Assembly (NCBI RefSeq): GCF_006345805.1
Contig: NC_043014.1
Coordinates: forward strand, 19,096,001-19,160,000
Direction: 5' to 3'
Length of the DNA stretch: 64,000 bases
Source: Octopus sinensis
Taxonomy: Eukaryota
Below are positions 55,401 to 64,000 of this stretch, in pieces. Position 1 is the first letter of the stretch. Every line of letters begins with the position of its first letter. Under the pieces are notes generated by a model. The model was not told the DNA's origin. It ran no database searches and saw nothing but the letters and a program-made list of their open reading frames with translations. A program made the translations under genes and the position numbers.

Positions 55401-55666
55401 AACCGATAACAACCGTCGTCGTCGTTGTTATCGTCCTCATTGTCATCTTCATCGGTCTCACCCTCCTCTCTATCACCCCCATCCTAATCATCACAGTCAT
55501 AAATGTTATTTTGGAACGATGTTATCCTTTACATCAATATAGTTGCCTTTATAATACCCAACCTCATCATCATTAGCGTTATCATTTTCAACCCCAGTAT
55601 CACCCTTCAAACTGGGAGAAGTGTCAGTGTCTGACGAAATGCTTTGCAGTATTTATTACGGCTCTT

Positions 55667-56082
55667 AAGGCGGCGAGCTGGCAGAATCGTTAGCACGCCG
55701 GGCGAAATGCTTAGCCGTATTTCGTCTGCCGTTACGTTCTGAGTTCAAATTTCGCCGAGGTCGACTTTGCCTTTCATCTTTTCGCGGTTGATAAATTTAG
55801 TACAAGTTACGTACTGGGGTTGCTGTAATCGACTTAATTCGTTTGTCTGTCCTTGTTTGTCCCCTCTATGTTTAGCTCCTTGTGGGTAATAAAGAAACAG
55901 GTATTTCGTCTGCCGCTACGTTCTGAATTCAAATTCCGCCGAGGTCGACTTTGCCTTTCATCATTTTGGGGTCGATTAAATAATTACCAGTTATGCACAG
56001 GGGTCGATATAATCGACTTAATTCGTTTGTCTGTCCTTGTTTGTCCTCTGTGTTTAGACCCTTGTGGGTAGTAAAGAAATAG
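55667..56082 (+). mobile_element. SINE family A, dimeric and well preserved, 18-bp TSD
   Basis: Head plus two bodies of about 184 bp (starting 55717 and 55901); TSD gtatttattacggctctt (55649-55666) / gtatttataacggctctt (56083-56100). Confidence 0.9.
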
Positions 56083-58023
56083 GTATTTATAACGGCTCTT
56101 TGCAGTATGATTTCAGATCGCTTCGTGGTGATATTCAGCAACAGTACTTTAGTGGTAAACTTTATGTATCGTCCTTCTGCGGTTACTAATTATATGCGTG
56201 TCTAGGGTGGTCGGCTGGCAGACTCGGAGGAGCAGATTTTGTGCGGTTTTTATTCCGATTCTTAAGCTTCTCAGATCGAATCCCACCCTGAACTACACGA
56301 ACGTAAACTTTATCTGTCGCTAGGTTCAATTCCATCATCATCTCCTATGAGAGAAGTGTTAAATCGAGTCCATTTTACTACAAGTATTCGACCCAGGTTA
56401 TCTACATTCCTCCTACCCTACCACCGGTCTGGAAGGCCTGAAAGGGATCATGAGCCCCGCAATTTCAAGTGACTAAGTAATGAAAAAGGAACCATGACCA
56501 TCATAGTCATTGAAACAATTGATGTTAGGTTCATATATCTCTGACGTCGACAGATTTTCTCAGATTTTCAAGAACGCGGACCGATTTAATCGCCGGATTC
56601 TTTTCGCAAAATGTTGCCTTGTCCTGGTATCAGAAAACTTGGTTGTGCATTCAGATTAAATAACTTTAAACGAAATTATTAAATGTTATGCAAAAGCGTT
56701 ATCTCCCTTGACAGTTATCACCACACCTAAGATGTTTTATATCAGAAATGCTCCTTAATGTGTACTTCACAAAGCATTGGAAAGAACGATCTCTGTATAT
56801 TCCCGTTATTGTTTGTTTGCTATAGATATATCTGACAGATTTCAACAGAACTTAAATAAGGTGAATGAATGCAGTAAGTCGCTCTAGTCGTGACCTTCCT
56901 CTCTTGTCTTGCTTATTCAGGCAGTCTGTATCTAAAACTATATTATCCAAATTATCATAAACAACTACATCAACAATCATAAGATGCAATGCGTAAATCT
57001 CTAGATACTTGTGTAATGTGCGAGAGATTTCAACTACATTTCTTTCATGTCATACCTTGTCTTAATGCGGAGAAAAAATGAGATAATATAGTTCTAGATA
57101 CGCTATTCATCAATCAAAGGACTAGATAATCACATCTGGGATGCTTTGTTCACAGCTTTGTCGAATCTGCGCCCAAACAGGAGGGAAATGAAAAATGAAA
57201 TTATCAGTAACAAAGTCATGGATGAGTGCCAGCGTATTCTTAGATACTTCTAGATATAGAACGTCTGAAATGAAAATGGGATGGTTAATGCTTGGACATT
57301 ACTCTTGGGTTAATCTAGGTATTAAGGCAATAATAACAACTACAAGCCAGAATTGCGGTGCACTCATGTAACCTGGCTAACCAATTCTATTTTTCACAAG
57401 TTTGCCTCAAATTTAAGTAGGTTTCAGTCTTCCTGTAATTCAAAACAAGAAAGAGAAGAACCCATTAGACAATGTAGTCTTAGACAGTCCATGTTTAAAA
57501 TATACACGAAAAAAGTGTCTGTCTTACAGAGAAGAGATTCTGTGGATTTTCAAAGGATACTAAGCTCTTAGCTTTATTTGTAGCCTTCTCGCTGAGGCAG
57601 GACATTGTTCTCATCCTGGCAGTGAGTTTCTTTTACAAATTACAATCTGTATAGGGAAAGGCTCAAGACATCTTCATAAAGTTTCCTCAAGGCGACCATT
57701 CACACTTCCAATTCCGACATTTAAATCTGCATACGTACTTTTTTTTTATTTTGGTTATTTGAGGTGCATTGTTATTTTTGTGATGGGTAGTGATTGTTGT
57801 GGTTGTAGTGCTGAGAGATAACAAATTGTAGCACAGAGTAAGTAATTTGGGGAAGAAGCTAAGTCGATTACATCGATTCCAGAGTTAAATTGGTACGACC
57901 TTTTTTTATCCCAAGGGTCTGAAAGGCAAATCGACAAAGGCACAACTTGAAATCAGGACGTAAAGACGAAATGCTGTCAAGTATTTTTCCCTGTGTGCTA
58001 ACCATTCTACCAGCTGAGGGATG

Positions 58024-58531
58024 ATATTGGTTTCAAATTTTGGCACGAAGTCAGCAAATTTGGGGCAGTGTAACTCGATTACTTCGGCCCCAGCAATCAA
58101 CTGCTTCGTATTTTATCAAGCCCGAAGGGATGGAAGGCAAACTCGACTTCGTCAGAACTTGAACTCAGAACGTAAAAATGGACGAAATACTGCTATGCAT
58201 TTTGGCTGGTGTGCTAACGTTTCTGCCAACTCGCCGCATTGCTGAGGAGTATTAATATTTAGATATTCTAGTAATAAGCATGATCAGTTCAGTCCATTTC
58301 AGACCAGCTTACACCTGTTCACCCTTGTTCACACCAACACTAACAGAGTTAAGAAAACTCAGCAAGAGCGGCTGTGTGGTAAGTAGCTTGCTTACCAACC
58401 ACATGGTTCCGGGTTCAGTCCCACTGTGTGACACCTTGGGCAAGTGTCTTCTACTTTAGCCTCGAGCCGACCAAAGCCATGTGAGTAGATTTGGTAGACG
58501 GAAACTGAAAGAAGCCCGTCGTATATATATA

Positions 58532-58581
<50 letters not shown>

Positions 58582-59632
58582 TGTGTGTGTGCGTGTATTT
58601 GTTTGTGTGTCTGTGTTTGTCCCTCCCCAACATCGCTTGACAACCGATGCTGGTGTGTCTACGTCCCCGTAACTTAGCGGTTCAGCAAAAGAGACCGATA
58701 GAATAAGTACTAGGCTTACAAAGAATAAGTCCTGGGGTAGATTTGCAGCATGGACGCAGTTAAATGACTGAAACAAGTAAAAGAGGAAAAAGAGATATCA
58801 AGCTTAACCTGTTCCATGAAAACCAGATAAACGAAGCTTACCTCATATGAGCTCAACACTGTCATTAACGATAATGTTAATTCCATATTGCTTCGGTCGG
58901 CTGGTACAATAGATTGGACGTCGGAAAAAGTCCTTACAGTATTTTTTTTTTTTTTCTTTTTACGTTCTGAGTTCAAATCCTCCCATGGTAAATTTTGTCT
59001 TTCAGCCTTTCAGGGTCGATAGAATGCGTGCTAGTCAAATATTGGGGTCAATGTTATTGACTAATCCTCATTTCCAAAAAATTCTTGGCTTTACCCTATA
59101 TCGAGAAGAATTATTAAATTTAAATATATTGGTTTCAAATTTTGGCACGAAGTCAGCAAATTTGGGGCAGTGTAACTCGATTACTTCGGCCCCAGCAATC
59201 AACTGCTTCGTATTTTATCAAGCCCGAAGGGATGGAAGGCAAACTCGACTTCGTCAGAACTTGAACTCAGAACGTAAAAATGGACGAAATACTGCTATGC
59301 ATTTTGGCTGGTGTGCTAACGTTTCTGCCAACTCGCCGCATTGCTGAGGAGTATTAATATTTAGATATTCTAGTAATAAGCATGATCAGTTCAGTCCATT
59401 TCAGACCAGCTTACACCTGTTCACCCTTGTTCACACCAACACTAACAGAGTTAAGAAAACTCAGCAAGAGCGGCTGTGTGGTAAGTAGCTTGCTTACCAA
59501 CCACATGGTTCCGGGTCAGTCCCACTGTGTGACACCTTGGGCAAGTGTCTTCTACTTTAGCCTCGAGCCGACCAAAGCCATGTGAGTAGATTTGGTAGAC
59601 GGAAACTGAAAGAAGCCCGTCGTATATATATA

Positions 59633-59682
<50 letters not shown>

Positions 59683-60220
59683 TGTGTGTGTGCGTGTATT
59701 TGTTTGTGTGTCTGTGTTTGTCCCTCCCCAACATCGCTTGACAACCGATGCTGGTGTGTCTACGTCCCCGTAACTTAGCGGTTCAGAGACCGATAGAATA
59801 AGTACTAGGCTTACAAAGAATAAGTCCTGGGGTAGATTTGCAGCATGGACGCAGTTAAATGACTGAAACAAGTAAAAGAGGAAAAAGAGATATCAAGCTT
59901 AACCTGTTCCATGAAAACCAGATAAACGAAGCTTACCTCATATGAGCTCAACACTGTCATTAACGATAATGTTAATTCCATATTGCTTCGGTCGGCTGGT
60001 ACAATAGATTGGACGTCGGAAAAAGTCCTTACAGTATTTTTTTTTTTTTTCTTTTTACGTTCTGAGTTCAAATCCTCCCATGGTAAATTTTGTCTTTCAG
60101 CCTTTCAGGGTCGATAGAATGCGTGCTAGTCAAATATTGGGGTCAATGTTATTGACTAATCCTCATTTCCAAAAAATTCTTGGCTTTACCCTATATCGAG
60201 AAGAATTATTAAATTTAAAT
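58024..60220. repeat. 1.1-kb tandem duplication (58024-59125 and 59126-60220), each unit containing SINE A and SINE B copies
   Basis: Near-identical copies differing by a 1-nt and a 6-nt deletion; atattggtttcaaattttggcac at all three junctions. Confidence 0.95.
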
Positions 60221-60823
60221 ATATTGGTTTCAAATTTTGGCACAAGGCCAGCAATTTCGGGAAGGTACATTTTGATTACATTCACTCCATTGGTGAACTG
60301 GTACTTATTCTATCGACCTCGAATGAATAAAAATATAGTCGACCCCGATGGTGTTTGCATAAACACGGGTGTAATGCCGCTAAATATTTTGCTCGGCATG
60401 CTAACGTTTCTTATTTCTTTATTTCCCGCAATGGGCTAAACATAAAGGGAACAGACAAACACAGACAAAGGGATTAAGTCGATTACATCGACCCCTGTGC
60501 GTAACTGGTACTTATTTAATCGACCCCGAAAGGATGAAAGGCAAAGTCGACCTCGGTGGAATTTGAATTCAAAACGTAGCGGCAGACGAAATACTTATTT
60601 CATTAGTGCCCACAAGGGGCTAAACACAGACAGGACAAACAAGGATAGACAAACGGTTTAAGTCGATTATATCGACCCCAGTGCGTAACTGCTACTTAAT
60701 TTATCGACCCCGAAAGGATGAAAGGCAAAGTCGACCTCGGTGGAATTTGAATTCAAAACGTAACGGCAGACGAAATACGGCTACGCATTTCGCTCGGCGT
60801 GCTAACGTTTCTGCCAGCTCGTC
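60221..60823 (-). mobile_element. SINE family A multimer (head, two bodies, older copy)
   Basis: cgaccccgaaaggatgaaaggcaaagtcgacctcgg twice, 184 bp apart. Confidence 0.85.
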
Positions 60824-61519
60824 TCCATTTCATTTAAGTATATTGTTTAAAATTTTGTTTTTTCAACTTACTACGTTATGTTTATTATATCACACTTAAC
60901 TTCATATTCTACATAAAGAAGTCATCCACAGGAAACTTTTCGCAGTTCGGTCAAAATCAACTCGAATCACAATGGCGTTCGTGCATGAGAAAATAACCAG
61001 TGGTCAAGCTACAAGCATTTAATGGAATGTATTGATGCAAAGCTTGTGTATTAAAGGTATGACTAAACTGGTAAACAATCAGAGAATCCTGCTGAAAATC
61101 GGAAATAATCCCTTGAAAAGAAATAAAACGAACTTATTTACCGCATCTAATTATTTTCTTTGGCTGCGCTTTTTGCTTCGTTGTTTTTTTTCATCCCATA
61201 GTCTACTTGTGGTATACGTTTTTTATATATATTCTCCTTTCTTATTTATCTCATTATCTTCGTATTTTTTTCACCCAATCTTTCAGTTCGACCATATTTT
61301 CTCTCTATTTATTAGGTTTTACCATTCTCCTATTATATGCTTCATCGCATTCATTTAACACCTTATATTTTGGTATTCTTTCTTTCTCAATACATTTTCC
61401 CCCCAGACTCTGTATCTGTTTCTCTCTCAGTCACTCCTCACTCACTCCTATAATGTATGTGTGTGTGTGGTATACGTAATTATATGTATATATATATATA
61501 TTATATATATATATATGTA

Positions 61520-61602
<83 letters not shown>

Positions 61603-62644
61603 ATATGTATATATATAAATACGTACATACATACATGCACATACATATATATACACATACATATATATACACATACATACATGCATGTGTGTGTTTGTGT
61701 ACGTATAGATGTATATTTCACATTCTAATTTTAGTTTCCCGAAGTCCATGTATAAGTGGCTGGTGTGTGTATATGTATCTGTGTGCTTGTTTTGTGTATG
61801 TGTGCCTGAGAGTGTATCTGTGTGAGAGAGAGTGTGTGTGCACGTGAGTGTGTGCGTGAGTATGTGTGCCTGTGTGCATGTGTGCGCGTGTGTGTGTGTG
61901 TGTGAGATATAAAGAGACTGAGAGAGAGAGAGTATTTTTTTTATATAAATTCTATTTTCTGCTTTCTTCTGCTCTCACATTTTCTGAATAACAATTTGGT
62001 TTTTCTTCTGTTTTATTTTGTTTAACAGTGAAATATATTTTTTTCATCCGATCCATCATCACATTCCATTATTCAATAAGTTATTTTGGTATTTTTCAAT
62101 AATTCAATTAGGTCTTATATTGCAGTCCCAGTATTCTCTACACGTGTATGTATGTATGTATGTATGCATGTATGTATGTATGTATGTATGTATGTATGTA
62201 TGTGTGTGTATGTATGTATGTATGTATGTATGTATGTATGTATGTATGTATGTATGTATGTATATAGGAGTGATGTTACATGCGGAAATTTGTGCGTGAG
62301 CACTGTGTGAGGGGGAGTGTGAGTGTTTAAGTGTACGTCTATGAGTGCAAATGTTTCTAAGCTAGTGTGTATGTGTGCTTCTCTTCTTTTCAATCCCAGT
62401 AGTTTACAACCAGAATACGAGGCTAAATAAAGACAAAAGAAGTGAGCCTTTATGTGGTCGCTCAACATGCTAGAAATAATAACCAAATTTCAGTTAAATC
62501 ACACCGTAGAAAGGGAAGTGTATTTGTCATTCAGTAAACTATGTGCTAGTGCTTGTACACAGCTGCATACAGGGCAAACATAAAGTGTTTGCTCATTAGT
62601 ATTGGGATGATAGTGCATATAAATAGTGCATTTTTATTCTCCAT

Positions 62645-63012
62645 CATTTACTTGTTTCAGTCATTAGATTACGGTCTTGATGAATTTTTAGTCGAATGAA
62701 TTGACCCCTGGGCTTATTTTTTTCTTATTTTTCTTTAATTCAATGTACTTATTCTATCGGTTTCTTTCCAAAACCGCTACGTTGGGGGGATGTAAACACA
62801 CCAACACCAGTTGTCAGTCACTGAAACAATGACATACATACACGCATTTATACACACACATACATATACTCCCACATACACACATACACAAACACTCATA
62901 TATATATATATATATGACGGGTTTCTTTGAGTTACTTTTTTAGTTTTTGTTTAGTAAATCCATTCTCGAGCCTTTGGTAGGCCCGAACCTATAGTAGAAG
63001 ACACTTGGGCCA
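62645..63012 (-). mobile_element. SINE family B, degenerate
   Basis: tttacttgtttcagtcatt...tacttattctatcgg...ctatagtagaagacacttgg. Confidence 0.7.
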
Positions 63013-64000
63013 AGCATATTACGCCCCAGCCAGGACTGTTCCTGTATGTGTATGCCACTTGTGTTTGCTACTCTCTTTTTTCTCCTACAACAACTAGACT
63101 TTGGATAAATGAAAAGTGAAGCAGTGGGGATAAATGTTCTGATGGTACACAGCCTCCCTACCAGCAAGACTTTTGCTGAATCACCTCTTTGCATGCATGG
63201 TTACTGTGAACCTCTCCATTCTGAGCTAAAGCATAGGGGATCTTGGAGCTGAAATGGACCGAAGAGGAAGACAGACAGAGTTCACCGGTGCGTGGACACT
63301 CGTTGGTGACACTCAGTCACTGTCCTAGCTAAGAGTTTGTAACAAGTCTAAAAGGGCTTCATCTGTAATTGGTAACTCATCTAGGAGCAAAAAGCACTCT
63401 GAAAACAGCATTAGCAATGAGAGCAATAAGAACATAAAGATTAAACGATCAAACTAGGAGCATCTGTACAAGAGGGGCAAAACTTCATTCGATCAAAGGC
63501 GAATTCCATGTGCTTAAGAACCTGTGTGGAGCATCTGTACTGAGGATAACACTGAATCTTTAATTGCAAAATGCTGGAAATACCTTGTTCACTGGTTAGT
63601 ATTTCTCAATATTTCCTTCGTGTGGCCTTTCGACTCATATCTCAATCAAATCACAGTTTATCCTCAAAAATGATAAAGAGTACATTAGAAAATTAAATTC
63701 TATGTCATTGTTTTTTTGGTTTTTTTTGTAGGAATGGTGCAGAGGGGATAGAAATTGGCGCACTCAAAGTGCCAGATTTAACAAACTATGTTGCCTTTCG
63801 CCCTTTTTGACTTGTGAAGCATCCTGGTGAAGGAAGAAGAATTATATGGATATAAAATCTCTTTTCCCATCTCATTAGCAAAGACTGGGGAGCGATGCCA
63901 GAACATATATCATTCCTATTTTATAAAGACATGCCTTATTAAAAATTTTTTCCTGTAAAAGAAATCGCAAAGGACGTGGTTGGAATGCCTCTGATCATAG

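Noticed and set aside
63190-63400. Possible RTE LINE 3' end
   Set aside because: Similarity too weak to support by eye.

Overview
This is an AT-rich, microsatellite-saturated eukaryotic intergenic or intronic window. It is most likely cephalopod (Octopus-like), inferred from the SINE families and the (TA)n/(CA)n/(ATT)n density. No intact host protein-coding gene is supported; most ORF-track entries are microsatellite translations. The window holds many tRNA-derived SINEs of at least four families, a decayed mariner, mariner/pogo-type TIR derivatives, RTE and R4/Dong LINE fragments, a non-autonomous Helitron, a divergent tRNA-Leu(AAG), two tandem duplications and one 100-N gap. It also contains several Penelope-like element (PLE) RT/GIY-YIG remnants. 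The most notable signal is a dense set of about a dozen minimal hammerhead-ribozyme (HHR) motifs from unrelated small elements. Most sit within or beside (TA)n tracts, many form fold-back inverted repeats, and most have a palindromic stem III. The 41396-42263 locus has a textbook HHR in a 352-bp, circularly permuted tandem-plus-inverted arrangement that suggests a retrozyme-like circular RNA intermediate. All calls were made by eye and coordinates are approximate.
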